Position numbers and translations under genes: made by a program
Origin: Pavona decussata
Taxonomy: Eukaryota
Direction: 5' to 3'
Assembly (NCBI GenBank): GCA_977016875.1
Contig: CDRNST010000012.1
Coordinates: 2,046,001 to 2,110,000, forward strand
Length of the DNA stretch: 64,000 nucleotides
Notes under the pieces: generated by a model
Databases searched by the model: none
Told to the model about the DNA's origin: nothing
The model's input: the letters and a program-made list of their open reading frames with translations, nothing else
In this document: one piece after another, positions 44,591-59,000 of the stretch
How positions within the stretch are numbered: position 1 is the stretch's first letter
Layout of the letters: the number at the start of each line of letters is the position of its first letter

Positions 44591-47500
44591 TCATATTTCC
44601 TTCATCATCCAAAATGAGCCTGTAAGAACAGTCGTGCCAGGATGTGAATTTGGTAGCTGTTGCAAAGAAGGGGGAGTGGGTGGGGGTGGAGGGGGAGGTG
44701 GGGGTGGGGCAAGAGTAGCTGTTTTTTGTGGAAGTGATGATGACGATGATGACAGTGATGATGAAGATTGCAGGCTGTTGGTTAAACATGAATTCTGTTT
44801 ATTAGCGCCTAGAATATCAGGGTTTATTCCACATTTATGAAGACTTGTTTCAGAATCTTGCACACTCATACTGTCATTTTTCACCACAGACTTCTGAACC
44901 TTGCAGTCATCATCCTGCATGTCATGCTCATGTTCCATTTCTAGTTCGCATTCTTGACCTCTTAATAATGCAAGCTGCAACAAAAGTTTGTCACAAAAAA
45001 ATCAGCAACTTGGACAAAGTAAAAAAGAAAACATACTCTGAGATGCCTAAATTTCTTGTTAATACCCACTACTCCTCAAGAAGGAAGGGCTTATTAGAGA
45101 GGGGGGCTTGTTTTTCATTATGAGTTTTGAACAAAACTTAAAATTATTGGCTTTTCCACAACTTCATGATACACCGAAATGAAACATAGCACTGATGGAT
45201 TGTCAGTTTCCTTAATCTTATGAAAAGTGATTAAAATAATATTCATTTGGTAATTCTTCCTGTTTTTGTAGCTATTTGGCTTTCAATGTTACACATTTCA
45301 GATGTACCTATTTAAGGGTGATGCCTTCTAATACGGTGGACAGGTATTTTTGCACAGTTTAATTACTATGTGGGAAACATAGATCTTACAATAGCAAGGT
45401 CTACTGGAATCCAAAGTGAAAATTTTATAGCTTCAGTAATATTGAAAATTGCATGGCTATCCCTAATAATATTTTCATATTCTTGGATTCCAATAACCCT
45501 TGCAAAGATCCCATAAGCTGTCCAAAAAGACCTTTGTGTCAGTAGGCACCATTCTGAAACCTGAGTTTCTTGGACTGTCCAGAGATGNNNNNNNNNNNNN
45601 NNNNNNNNNNNNNNNNNNNNNNNNNNNNNNNNNNNNNNNNNNNNNNNNNNNNNNNNNNNNNNNNNNNNNNNNNNNNNNNNNNNNNNNNNNNNNNNNNNNN
45701 NNNNNNNNNNNNNNNNNNNNNNNNNACAAAAGGAAGAACTGTCCTTACTCTACATCTAATAATTATTGGATTTATGTCAGTTTGCTAAGATTTTAACATT
45801 TCGACATTATTAATTCTTTGTCACTACATGCCGCGATTAGCTGTATTGTATAAATCAGTAACATAACTTACTTGAGAGGAAGTAAAGAGACTTGAGCTGG
45901 CCTTGACTGGCGAGACTTGAGTACAGTACTGATAACCCAGATGTTTGTAAAATTCACACTTATCGGTTGTTGAGAGGTAGATGGCTGTACAGCCTAACCT
46001 ATAATGACAACAGGAAATTGACAAAATTCATGGCAACACAACGGGAAGGGCTAAGGCTACACCCTCATAAAATCTAGCATCTAATACAAAGCTGCAGTTG
46101 ATTATGTAACAATAATATTAACCCACATCTAACAAAATCCCAATTTTGGTCAGACAAGATATCTGAGGAATTGTAACAAAACACCATTGATCATCACTTC
46201 ATAACTGAAGAGACAAAAAAACATTCAAGAATATATATATTACCTTAAATTATAGTACCAACTGTTAAATTAATATTCACAATATGCGGTACTTAATGGT
46301 AAAGCTCATCAACCCTTTAATGGTCTGGGTGATCCTCAAACTATTAATGACCACATAATTCATCAGGGAATGACAGCATGGCACTTTTGCAACAGTGTTG
46401 TTGCTTTCATTACTTTATGGATTGTTGGCTGATTTCAGAAGTCTTGTGATTGCTGTTTTGGTTGAGCATGACCAAATGCCTACGATAAACAACCTTGAGA
46501 GAAATCAGGTAAACCTAAAACCAAACTCATCCCAGTTGGCTTAGTTAAAAATTCCCAGAACACTGCCTGATATTAATAAGCAAATCATGAAGGTCAAATC
46601 ATGGCCAGTGAACCATGTTTGAAAACCTGGTCGACTCAATGAACAGAAGTGAAATTGGCTTGAATATTACAGACAGTTACATAATCAAAATAACAACACT
46701 TTTTCAACACTTTCATTATTATTTTCAACAAATATATAAAGACAATTAACCGCATATAGCTTGCTGCAATACTACAGTTTGTTAATTAGGGACTAATCTA
46801 ACTTATCAGTATGGAGATCTAAATCGTAAAATCATATTAAAATAGTATTAAGATGCTATACTAATTACATAACATAGAGCCATAAATCCTAATCACTGAT
46901 CCTAATCCTAAATCCATTAAGAAACTCACTGAGAAGCATATGATTCTGTCAGCTGCATGAGCTTTTTTCCAAGTCCACATCCTCTTCTTGCCTTTTCTAT
47001 AAGAACTTGATGAGGATAACAGAAATATCAAATAATATAATACTTTAAATATTTTAATAAATAAATAATGTTTGAGTCACTTACTCATAATGGATTGACT
47101 TTCACAGCACAATAATTTTTATGGTTCTAATTCTACAACATTTTTTATCTAAAGGCTACATTTTAAGAGTGATCCATTTTCCTTGAAATTAGTCCCTCAG
47201 GCATAATATTTTTGTTGTGGTCTTAATTTTTCTTTTGGTTTAAAAATTCTCAAACCAGTTTGATTTTCATTTCCCTTTTCTTGGATCCTGGTAATGAATA
47301 TTGCATAAAGGAAAATAAAACTTAAACTGGTTTGAAAATTGTAAAACCGAAAATAAAATAAATTATGTGCCCTGAAAACTAACAGCCATACAAAATAACC
47401 TCGTAACACCTTTAGATTCTCTGAGAAAAAACAGTTGACCTACCCCCCCTCCCCTCCCCTCCCCCTCAGGGCACCTCTCCTTGATCTGCCACAGATAATC

Positions 47501-48464
47501 AATATGCTACAAAATACAAGGGATATCAGATCATACCACAAATTAAATGAAAAGAAAATTAAGGTCAGCTTGCTGAAAAGTATACAGCGTACTCAACTAA
47601 TAAAACTATCTCTTAGAAAGGGATTTTTCTACTGGATAAAATGTATGCATTCTTTGTAAAACTGGGGCAACATTAGGTACAGAGTCTGTCATCCTCATTA
47701 TTTCTCATTTGTACATACTGACCACATGTTAAAAAAGCTGCCTTTGGTTTTCCAAGAACCTTGTTTAGTCTGCTATGACCAATGACTTTTGAGTGACTTT
47801 TTTGGTCTTTTTTCAGAAGAACGAGTGAGCAGGGAAAGTCATCTTTGTTTTCAGCTAAGTAGTGAAGCCTTAAAGAAAGCAAAAAAAAGAAATGAAATGT
47901 AGGAAAAAATATATAAATAAGCTTAAGACGAAGTGAAGAAAAAGTGGAAATTAAAATAAAAATAAATATGTATTTTACGTTACTCTTCGGTTTGATGGCG
48001 AAAAAACGTTCTGCAGACAAATTCCTTAAGTTATTTTCACTGTATAAAAGAAGTAGTAAACTTTTTCGGAAAGATTTTCACACAGTCTCGCACATATGCA
48101 TAATGCACAACTGTGGATGTCATTAAAACGGCGAGCGTGAATAGAATTTGAGTCCGAAAATGCGAATATAATTAACGTGCAGGACTTTGCGAAAGACTCG
48201 CCCTTTTTTCGCGTAATAGTATGTGAAGAAAAAATCTTTCTCGTGCCTAAAAAACGTTCGCATTGTAATTAACCTTATATTAAAAACTTTGCCCAAGCCC
48301 AACTTCCCTACCTGTTTAGTAGATAAACAAATTACAATATTATTAATTTCTGACCTTGCTGTAAGACTCAGCGGCCATTCAGCATTCAAGAGATTTGCCG
48401 TTTCCTCCAGAAGTTCAGGATGTTTACGCATACAAACAAATGCCAGGACGTCTTGACTTTCCAT
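44591..48464 (-). CDS. NAA80: N-alpha-acetyltransferase 80 (actin N-terminal acetyltransferase, GNAT), 5 exons
   Basis: Exons ~48464-48355 (ELLEETANLLNAEWPLSLTAR), 47869-47722 (DDFPCSLVLL...VIGHSRL), 47005-46930 (acetyl-CoA motif RRGCGLGKKLM), 45998-45872 (YLSTTDKCEFYKHLGY), 44974-44591 (polyproline, FWMMKEI*). Confidence 0.92.
45311..45587. mobile_element. Degenerate copy of the 58926-59318 MITE family, cut by an assembly gap
   Basis: Shares TTAAGG..GTGCCT.CTAAT, AGATCTTA..AGCAAGG...TGGAATCCAAA and AGTAGGCACCA...GAAACC.GAGT.TCT with 58922-59280. Confidence 0.65.
45588..45725. other. Assembly gap (N run) in the last NAA80 intron
   Basis: Run of N characters. Confidence 1.
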
Positions 48465-48610
48465 AATAGACTGCAGTCAATCTTCGTCCGCCATGTTGGA
48501 TTCGTAGGACCGATAATGTCCTGGGGCGAGGTCACTTGCATCTCCATTTGTGAGAACTTGAACTGTCTCCTTAGTTCGAGATTACGTGGAACCGGCTTGC
48601 TGATTTCAGT

Positions 48611-51600
48611 ATGTCTGTAGCTAGAGAAAGACCCGAACCTTTATCGGGAAAAGATGAAGGGTAAGTAGGTGAAAAAGATCAAATTTGTAGAAATAATTAT
48701 GCAGACATATTATGTATAAAAAGTTGATGGATTCAATCTAATCTTTGGCCTGCAGATCATGCCTCCTCAGTCTCCTCAGATCACTGTTGACTCTAAAGCT
48801 AAATATAACTATTGTTTTGCGGAAAAAGTATTTTTTTCGTTAATTCTTCTGGCGTTTTTATGTTAGTTTGAATGAATATTGCCTTCTTTGTTCGGCCATT
48901 AGCTTGAGGGATCAAACAGTAATTGAGAGTTTGGAAGTACAGTATATGGAAAAACTTTTTTTTTTTGCAAGATGGGGTGAGGGGGTAGAGGGCAATTAAA
49001 CCCCCTCGGAAAATTTGGTACACCACAAATAGTGTATTATTTTTTCCGAATAACTGGTCATGGACCTATCCACAAATCTTTGTTTAAACTGGTATGCGAT
49101 CTTTAGCTTTCAACTAATCTTTCACAAGACTGAATCTTCTTCCCAAAATTTCAGTTTGCCTGTGTAGCAGTTGTTTTCTTTTCCAAGTGCAAGAAACAAA
49201 TGAGAAGTAAATGAAAGCTTCCAGGAAGAAGGAGCAAAAATGGAGCAGTCAATGGTTTTGCTCCTTTTCACATTCCATGCCTTCACATACCTCCTGGGCT
49301 CATATTTGGTCAAACTTTTGACCAAAACTGGTGGCTGTTTTGTCAGTTGTCTGTCAACCAACTGTTGGTTTACATTCGGCCGACATTTGGCCGACAGTTG
49401 GTCGACTGTTGGTCAACTGTCAGCCATATGTCGCATGTCAAACATTTTTTTGTTTTGTTTATGTAATCTATATTTATGTTGGCGAAGCTAATAAAAAAAT
49501 TTACAAAAAAAAACCATCGCTCGACAGATGACAGACAGTTGGTCGGTGGAAGTGAGCTGTTCTTCACAATTACCGCCTCATGGAAAGGAAACAACTGCTA
49601 TCCCACAAATGTCTTCCCTATGGCTCTACAATAGTATTAGAAAGTGTTGTATGCTCACTTACCAATCCCTTTGGGTTCTGACAAAAAACACTACACTACC
49701 AAATACATTGCATATAATAAACAGGTGGAAATGTGTGCCAGGCACAGTGGCATACAAAATAAAGAAATTAGTGTGTGCATCAATATTATTTGACACATAA
49801 CAGTGACCATTTTAGCTCCCGTCCAGCTGTGTGAATTTTTAGATATTTTTTCCTTTCAGGTCATTTGCTTATCTGACAATTCGTGACAGACTGCCAGTGA
49901 TTCTGACCAAGGTTATTGACTTGGTGCATCGAAGGGCTTCAGCATTCTCTGATGAAAACCAACAGGTTGGCTGTTAAAAATTGTTTAAGCATTGGTGATA
50001 ACAAAATGCAAGATTTGCACCTGTATCTCATAAGATTGCTGCTATTTTCAGAACAAAACAAGTATTCAGCCATGTTTGTTAGAGGCAAATAATTTTCTTC
50101 AAGGTACTTTTAAGTCAACTGTGTCCTTACTAGACAAAAAATGTGCTCCTCATTGTCTTTCTCTAACTGAATATTAATATCCTTAGCCCATAAAAACTAC
50201 ATAAGATCTTTAAGCTTTTAAGTGAAGCTTAAATACCTTTTTGTAGTAATCATGATCATCCTTCAGTCCCTCAAAACAATAGTCATAATACTGCTAACTA
50301 AAGGTCAGAATGCTAACCAATTCAATGGGCTTATCCAAAACTTTGAGTTCTAAAAACTAGGGATTATTGTGGACAGAAAATGCACAATATAAAAATTTTG
50401 GCCCCATTGCAGTCCGTTTCTCCAAACAAAATGGAGAGGGGCACAGCTGCCGCCCCATATTTCCTGGGATCCATATGAAAAGTACATATAAGTAGCTGTC
50501 TGTTGAAGCAGTGCTAGGCTCTGCAATTTGCAAGACTGAAACACTTTGTCTCATCTTCTTTCTTTCTACCAGGAACAAACAGAGGATAGCAAAGTGGTTT
50601 TAGCAAAACTCTCTAAATTGAGGTATGAGATGAAAACTGACAAGCCATTAATGCTGATAGAAGATGACCATCCAGATGCAGACATCTGGAATGACACCAT
50701 TAAGAACAGCAAATCACTGGTTGAGGAAACTAAGATTGCATCATCCTTCACTGGGGCATGGCTTACTGTTGAATGCTACATGTATCGCAAGATTTATGAG
50801 GCATTTGCTTTAAGGTCAGTACAAATGTTTTTTTTTTTTTCTGAAGTTGAAACTTAACTTGTTTTAGGCCCCGACATTTTAGACATACTTGATGCTATAT
50901 ATTATTTAAAAATGTGGTGTCAATGCCGAACTTCCAAAAATATTTCCTCATAAATTAACGTCAACTGACAATGCTTTGTTAGACAATGCATTGTAAGAAT
51001 GATATCCTGACCGGCCAGGCAATAATCCTTCATTTGCAGCTGGCCATATAGTGAAATTATAGTAACTACCTATATACACTATATACCCATTATTCACCCT
51101 TTCTCCTGTCCTATCTACTGAAGTAAACAACACGGTTATTTCATTTTAGTCAAACCATGTGAAAAATAAGTGTCTACACATTACCATAATTATACCATCA
51201 AACTAAAAAAAACATGTTGAACACTATGAATTATTTCTGGAATATTTATTGTTCTATGACCAGTGGGAGGTAAAATCAAATCGCAAGAAAAAACCACAAA
51301 CTACAACTACAGCTTGCAGTTTTTCCACTCATATCTGATTGGTTTTATTTCCAAACACAATAAACATTCCAAAATATTTCTAGTGTTCACCATTTTCTTA
51401 GTTTCACAGTAAATGGTAAACAGTTCTTAGTAAATTAACTGTAAAATATTATTGTAATTTGTTTTCTTTCAGCAAGCAACACCAGAGCTTTGATCCTTTT
51501 GAGGAGCAGAAGGAAACTTCTTTCAAAGGACTTCAGGACTCAGCAATTTACCTGGCTCAGTTCCTTTGTCATGCCATAGAGGCTCATGCTGTTGATAGTG

Positions 51601-52813
51601 ATGGAGGAAATGTGAAAAATGTCTTCGACACCTTGCTGCAGGTACATACAGGGCACTTTCCAAATCAACCAAAAGTTCTAGAATTTCGGGGTAAGGTAAA
51701 AAAATGGAAATTTGGGTATGGTTCAAAACGATGTCTCCGGATTTCAATGAATAAGAATGACATGAAAATTCTATTCCATTCTTCCAGTCCTACGTTGACC
51801 CACTTTCTCCCTGTTGTTTTGGTTTGGATTCACAGTCACTTGTTAATGGAATGGGTGTATTCTCATCTTGGTTACAGTCAACTGGATTATTTATGCTTTT
51901 CCATTCAGCAACAAAATTGTTTTGGCCAATGGAGAGCTTATTAAATACTAATTTGCTGCCAGCCTATTCCAATATCCTGCACCAGTCAGAATCCTTGCTT
52001 TGATTGATTGGTTGATTGGTTGACTGACTGTAACAACTGACTAATCAATTTATTTTCTTCTAGTTTTGTTTGTGGGGAAACCGCTGCGATCTTTCCATCT
52101 CAAGTGGAGAAATCTTGGTAGAGCAAGGAGCAGGCCAGACTGCACATCTTCAGCGCATGAAAGAAAACATCATTGTTGACAATTCTGAGGATGTTTGGAA
52201 TGTAATTCACAAGAATGAAAACACCAGGATTGACTTTGTCCTAGACAACTCAGGCTTTGAACTTTTCACAGATCTTTGTTTTGCAGAATTCCTGTTGCAT
52301 GCAAAGTTAGCTGAAAATATCCACCTTCACACTAAGCAGATTCCTTGGTTTGTTTCTGATGCTAGCAAGAAGGATCTTCTTTGGATGGTGAAGCAGATGA
52401 AATCATCTTCAAATAAGTTCTTAACACAGCTTGGAGAACGCTGGCATCAACGTTTCCAAGATGGATCATTTGTGCTGGAAAGCCACCAGTTTTGGACTCT
52501 GGCACAAGATTTTAGTGAAATGAAAAGAATTGCTCCCAGTTTGTACCAGGATCTGTCGAAAGCCAAAATAGTATTTTTCAAAGGTGATCTGAACTACCGT
52601 AAGTTGGTTGGTGATCGTAAATGGCCTCATACAACTCCTTTTACAGAAGCTCTGTGGGGATTCTTGCCTGCACCCTTATGTTCATTGAGAACTCTCAAAG
52701 CAGACGTCCAGGTTGGTTTACTTCCTGGTCAGGATGGCAGGATTGAAGCCGTCAGTAAAGACTGGATGACGTCAGGCAATTATGCCGTCATTCAGTTTGC
52801 TCATCCTATTTAA
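48611..52813 (+). CDS. ARMT1: Damage-control phosphatase ARMT1 (DUF89 family), 5 exons
   Basis: Exons 48611-48660 (MSVARERPEPLSGKDEG), 49860-49965 (SFAYLTIRDRLPVILTKVID), ~50573-50814 (WLTVECYMYRKI), 51471-51641 (FDPFEEQK), 52063-52813 (LWGNRCDLS, VLDNSGFELFTD, IPWFVSD, FKGDLNYRKL, RTLKAD). Confidence 0.96.
49300..49573. repeat. Interspersed repeat rich in CCGACAGTTGG/CAACTGT units in ARMT1 intron 1
   Basis: Clustered CCAACTGTTGG, CCGACAGTTGGTCGACTGTTGG motifs, ending GAGCTGTTCTTCACAATTACC. Confidence 0.55.
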
Positions 52814-54600
52814 TGACAATTTTCTTAAAATTATTAAATATATGTAGGGATACACTGAAACAATATCTGCTTGTTATAATAATTAGATGGATGTGGGAAC
52901 ATGGTGTTATAAAAGCAAGCACTAATTTAGCTTAAAAGCCTGGGTTGGTATGAAGGGAGAAAACTACTTTTCTTTTCTTATTTGATTATTGTTGGAAATA
53001 TTGATCCTTATAAAAGGTGATAAGTTAAGGTTAAAAATAGTTGTCAAGAATAGTTTCAATAAACAAGTACCACTATTTCAATATTTATTTCAATTGAGTG
53101 ACGGACAGTTTGCGAATAACTATGTTATAAAGTGTAGTTTCCACGATTAATTCATGTCGATCTTACAGTTTGAATAAAAACTTTACCAGCAGTCTAACAC
53201 TCTATTTGCCTTACTTTGATGATATCAACTTGAGTTAAAACAAGATTAACGATAAACATATAGTAATAGAAAAAAGTAACTCATATTTTTCATAGTTTTA
53301 TTATTATTGTAATATCATCACCTAGAAGAGAGTACCAAGTGAAAAAAAAAACATTTTCGGCATTTCCATGTAGTTCCTTTTTATAAAAATAATAATATGA
53401 AAACATGATCGTTTCCAAAACTGTTTGCACTTCAAAAATATTTTCTTCTTGCTATAACCTTGGTAAGCTTGTTTTTGATTCTATATGGAGGGCTTGCTGA
53501 CAATCAGACCAACAGTTTCTATGGGCTATTCTACAATAATTATTTTGTTTACTTCCTATATTTTTATCTTATCAATAATTTATTTTACCTACTTTATCAT
53601 GCAAACAAAAAACTGTGAACAAAACTATCCATCACATGAAACCTCATACTTCAGAAAATGTGCACGAATAGACAGTCGTGGATTTTTGTTGGAAATTACT
53701 TTATAATTTTTCTTGAAGTTCTTTCTCCTTTTTTTTTTTCACTCTCTCTGTGTTTAATAAAAGTGCTCGCTGGTTTTGCATCGGCCTCACACAATAAAGC
53801 TGTAGCCACAACATATATGCCTGGTAACGTAGTTTTATGTAGGCAGGCTTCATCCACGTTCAACCCCTCACCATTTCACATACAGCCAAACCTCCTGTTG
53901 GCAAAGACCTCTCATAAGTGGACACTTAGTCATGTTCTCAGCTACATACAAACACTACATTTTTAACCTCCCTTAAGTCCCTGACACTTCTCTTAAGCTG
54001 GCACTTTTTCTGGTCCTGAGGGTATCTGCTGAAGGGAGGTTCAACTGTACCACCTTTTAACAGGATGGTAGCCATTTCACATGCATGAAACAGAAAATTG
54101 CACCCCTTTCTTAGAACTCAAAGATATGCCATAGAACACTGTCCCCGGGCTACTGGTACTGCAGTGCTAGTCCCAGTAAGCTTTGCATTGCAATTTCTGG
54201 TAGTAATTTCTGTGCCATTAAAGCTACCCTTCTAATAGATGGCATTTATTGCTTTCCTTTTGGTTCACAGTCTTTTTGCAAACCTTTGAAATGCTAAATT
54301 GTAAATTTTGCTACTGTCTTGTACATTATGAGGATGAGAAAAAGCACCATTTTTTTCGGGGGGGGGGGGGGGGGCTTGAATACCCCACCATATAGAGTAC
54401 CCACCTCTCCTTCCCCTTTGGCAAAAATCTGAAATTTAATTGGACATACGGCTACTTTGAAATTTCTCTTTAGATTTTTTTCTAACTACATTTTGTTAAG
54501 GAAAGGATCAGTGGAATCATTTGCAAGTGACAAAATGCATGTTCATTTGTGTTTGGGCAAAAAAAATTGGAATGCGAAAATAACTCCAAGGAGCCAATGA

Positions 54601-55890
54601 TCATTGAGCATAACTTGTTAGTTTCTTTTCAATTTCCTCGATACTTGACAGGACATTTGACAACTGTGATTCATCCATTTCAAAATGAAATACATCTGTT
54701 TCCTGAAAGGCAATAACAAAACGAAAATAACTATGACTATAAAATTAAGGGCCATAAAAGCCAGATTATTGAAACACTGTGGCCTATTTGACCTATTTCT
54801 TTTAGTTTCTGTGCTTTCCCTTCTCTTCGCTCCAAAAAATGCGACAACGGTAAATATGTGTAAGAACTTCTTTTATGGTAAACCCTTCAGTGGCTGTCAT
54901 AATTCTCTGAATTCAAACACTTCATGTAAGCTGACTCATGCCCCACAACATCTCCACCCACACCATACAAGCCTTCCTCAGAGAACCTATATCCCCATAT
55001 CCAATCCACTCCCAAAAATCTGGGATGGGGGAGGGGGGGCTTACTCCCATATATACGCTACTGGCTATAGAGGTATGTGCAGTGTGAAGGGTATATTTTT
55101 CAAGCAGTTTAGAAAATCAGAGAAGAATTGACAAAAAAATAGTTAAGAACAGGTCCCCAGGATTAAAAGTTAGGGTAAAATCTAGGAAAGTGTAGGGGTT
55201 TTTGGTGTCCAGTCTAGAATAGGGTGTCAAAGTGTGGCCGGGTGTGGTCTGGTAAAGGGTAAGGGTTTCGGAGTCCCAGCGGCACACCCCACCCAAAAAT
55301 CCACTGAGTACCCCCCAGCCCTCCCCCAACCCTGCCCCAGGCACAAATCCTACTCCTCTAAACTGAAATCTACTTTGATTTTACGACGTTTTCAGACAGA
55401 TTTAGTCAGCCTGATGACGAGCACTTACTTTATTTTCTGTTGATCTTTTCTCGACCTGCATCTCCACAATAGCTACAGGAGTATTGATTTGTTCCAAGTG
55501 CCTTGCCTGACTCTTCAAATCAATTCTCCAGTTGACGTCTTTCAGTTTGTTATTCCAAGAAGATTTCTGAACTAAGACGTCGTGGATCTTTACCTTTTGC
55601 GATTTCCAGAATTTTAAAAATGCAGCGGCTTGTTCTTGAGTGAGTGATCCTTGTTTCCGCTTCATCTGAGAAGTGAGAAATGCTTCGAGCTGGTTGAAAT
55701 CCATATCCGCAGAAACAATGCTTCGCATCAGTGCCTCGTATCTCTTCAACATGGCATCAAACTGTTCTTCAGAGAGGTCAGAGAAAAGTTCCTGATGAAG
55801 AAAATCATCGGTGATCTCTGATTCTCCAAAATATTCCCTTCGAGCAATACCATTTAGTAGTCCAACTACATTCTTGTCTGCAGCAGCCAT
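54601..55890 (-). CDS. COMMD1: COMM domain-containing protein 1, 2 coding exons
   Basis: Exon 55890-55429 (GLLNGIA...SIVSADMDFNQLEAFLTSQ...KFWKSQKVKI...WRIDLKSQARH...INTPVAIVE) and exon 54702-54601 (ETDVFHFEMDESQLSNVLSSIEEIEKKLTSYAQ*). Confidence 0.96.
55028..55320. mobile_element. MITE-like element with GGGGG.TACTC termini in COMMD1 intron
   Basis: GGGGGGCTTACTCCCATATA...GAGTACCCCCC; same terminal motif as 56498-56945. Confidence 0.5.
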
Positions 55891-56057
55891 CTTGGATTTA
55901 GATAGAAATCCCGGAGAGACATTCCATTACACATACACGAAGACGGAAAAAAGCTTCCTGTGTAAGCGGCTTTTGAAACGTCAACTATATACTTCATGAT
56001 AGAGGAATTAAAAGTCGTGTCACTTGTGTGCAAACGGACCCGTGCGAAGCATGAGAA

Positions 56058-59000
56058 ATGTTTTCATCAGCTGTGAAGAAATCCCTTGGATCTTGTAAAT
56101 ATTTTGTAAGGTTGCGAGTATGTTCCTTTTGTTCAGCTGCCAGTAAAGACGTGCAAGATTTCTATGATGTTACAATCGTTGGTGGTGGAATGGTTGGTGG
56201 AAGTTTAGCTTGTGCATTAGGTGAGTTTCTTCCTTCTTTGCAAAGTAGCTTTTAAGTCTTACATTTTTTGTAAGTGTTGAATCTTCCTAGCTACAATGCT
56301 TGCACATTTTTGCTCAATTGCAAATTTAAAAAATAACATTTTTATAAATAGCTGTTCAAATTAAAAAAAAAAACAATAACACATTGACATGTATACAAGC
56401 ATGTTTGAAATATGTTACGTTTGATCAGTTTTAGCTAGGAAGATTTAACACTTACATAAAGATGCTTTGCACAGAAGGACAAATTATGCTGTCAATAACC
56501 CTGGGGGGCTACTCCCAAAAAAAATGGACAGGGGTGTGCGGCCCACTTCCCAAAACCCTTACCCTATTTATGACCAAAATGTGCGATTTTCCCTACCCTA
56601 TTTATGACCTGACCAAAAATTTGATACCCTATTTATGATCTGATAGTGTCTGGTCAACTTCAGTTCAAAAACCCCTGGAGTCCAGTGCGTGACCGGAGCG
56701 CGTGGCAAGCCGTTGTGGCACGTACACAGCTCAGTTGCTATAAACATCATGATGAAGAAGTAGCTTCTTCAAACAAAGAAAAAAAAAAACGAATTCAAGA
56801 CTAGAGTGCAAAAATTGATACCCTATTTATTACCAAAATGGCACCAAAATGGCTAAAATCGATACCCAGACCAAAGCGGCTGAAAAACCATACCCTTTGG
56901 CACCGCACATACCTATATAGCCTATATAAGGGAGTACCCCCCGGGTCATTAACCCAGCCTGACATATCTTTTCTAACATCTATTTTAAAACACTTCAAAC
57001 TAAACTAGTAGTATCTGGTTGATATAATATATTTCAAGAATACTGAGTTGTCATTTTCACTTTCTATGTAAGGCCTTGAAAAAACTTTGGATGATCACAA
57101 GATTCTATTGTTAGAGGCTGCACCAGACAAAACAGAGAACTTCACTTCAGTTTACAGCAACCGTGTCAGTAACATCACTCCAGGATCAAAAAACCTTCTG
57201 GAAAGTAAGCCAAAATAAGATGCCGCTATCTTCTTTATTTATTTTTTTAGTTATTTATTTATTTATTTATTTTTTTTTTTTTTTGAAAAAAAAATGTGGA
57301 TGTGGTCTGGGAGAGAGGGGCAGGGGTCAGGGGGCAGCAAATCAATAATGGATTTAAGAGAAGCAAAGTTTTTTGCACCATCCAGCAAAAGGGCCCAGAG
57401 ATAATAAAACCACAGGGAAGGGGTAGGAATAATTTTTTTTCCACTGGCAAATTATGGGAGTTGAGTCCATGTCTTTTCCCGCCTTTGAAGCTTTTCTTTT
57501 TCTTTTTCCTCTTGTACAATTTCACACGGTTCATAGTTTATGGGTGAATTGAATAAATTAGTTGCTAAAATATAATAACTTATATGGTAACTTATATGGT
57601 AATGTTCTTATTATCTTAAGGTATTGGTGCCTGGGACCATATTTGTAACATGAGGTACAAGCCATTTCGAAGAATGCAAGTAGGTATTAAATTCTTACAG
57701 ACTGTGTGAAGTTGTACTTGGTATTATTAAATGTATGTAATAAAATCACAATACATGTAACTAGATTAGTGAGAAGGCTCGGCCAGTGCTAGTCTAATCA
57801 ATATGGTGTTGTGACATAGTCACCTGTTTTTATGTTTATTATACAGACAGCAGTATTTTACTGGAAAATACACCACTTGTAAAATTCATGCGAAACTACA
57901 TCCAGGACCCAAGTACTTTATTTTCCATATCCTCGCTTTTGAGGATGTTGATTACATCATTTCCCACTTTTTTGTGGTTGTTTATGCAAACAGTCAGTGA
58001 AAAATTATGATGAGCGATAGATTTGTCTATATGATAAAAAGACAATTACATGGTGATTGGTATGAATTTTATTGTCTTGTGTTAAAAATAATATAATATT
58101 TAACAAACGTGCACAGCAAGTGAGTACTGGGAACTTCAGAACTTGAAATAATTCATGTTTTACCTATTTCCTAGGTTTGGGATGCTTGCAGTGATGCACA
58201 CATTTCATTTGATCCGTCAAGAGAGTTTGGTGATAGCTCCTCAGACATGGGATATATTGTAGAAAATCCTGTTACTATTGCTGCTCTTAGAAAGCAACTT
58301 AAAGTCCTTGATTCTAGAGTGGATGTTTTCTATGGAACAAAGCTCAAGAAATTGACTCTTCCTGATTCAACAAGAGACATGGTAGGAAGGCTGTTTTTGC
58401 TTATTAATTACTTGCAGGGTTTTGACTGTCTGTGTTTGGTTTGGTAAGCAGAAGGGTTTTGACTGTGCATGTCTGTAGGTGGTTTGGCAAGCAGAAGTAT
58501 GAAAATATTTTCATCAATAGTTATTGATGCTTGTGCTTGTATTTCTCAGAATACATCTATTTGTATGAATTCTGACTTATACTTTCAGCAAACATTTAAC
58601 AATGTGACAATGATTACAGTACTTAAGAATAAGTTAAAGAAAAAAGAAAAGGAACATCACAAGTTTTATAAAATTATTTATATACAACTGCAGATATCAC
58701 TGTCTATATACACTAAATTATCTATAACGTAATTCCATGTTGACACAAAAGCGCGCACACATTGACTCACAGAGATTAATGTTCAATTTTTCAATCTGAA
58801 GGATGCTGAAGATGTCGATCATCCCTGGGCTACATTAGAGCTTGAAGATGGAAAAACATTACACTCAAGATTAGTGGTATGCAATGTACCTGAAAAAAGA
58901 AAACTTGATCAATTAAGTTACTTAAGGACGGTGCCTACTAATGCCGAACTATTTTTGTGCTGCTTATGACTATGGGGGAAAAACAGATCTTAGCAAGGCC

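Noticed and set aside
45475-45796. ORFs spanning the N run
   Set aside because: Artefacts of the assembly gap.
46985-47725. U12-type intron in NAA80 (TATCCTCATCAAG before the acceptor)
   Set aside because: The donor is GTCAGT, not (G/A)TATCCTT, and the match to the U12 branch consensus is poor.
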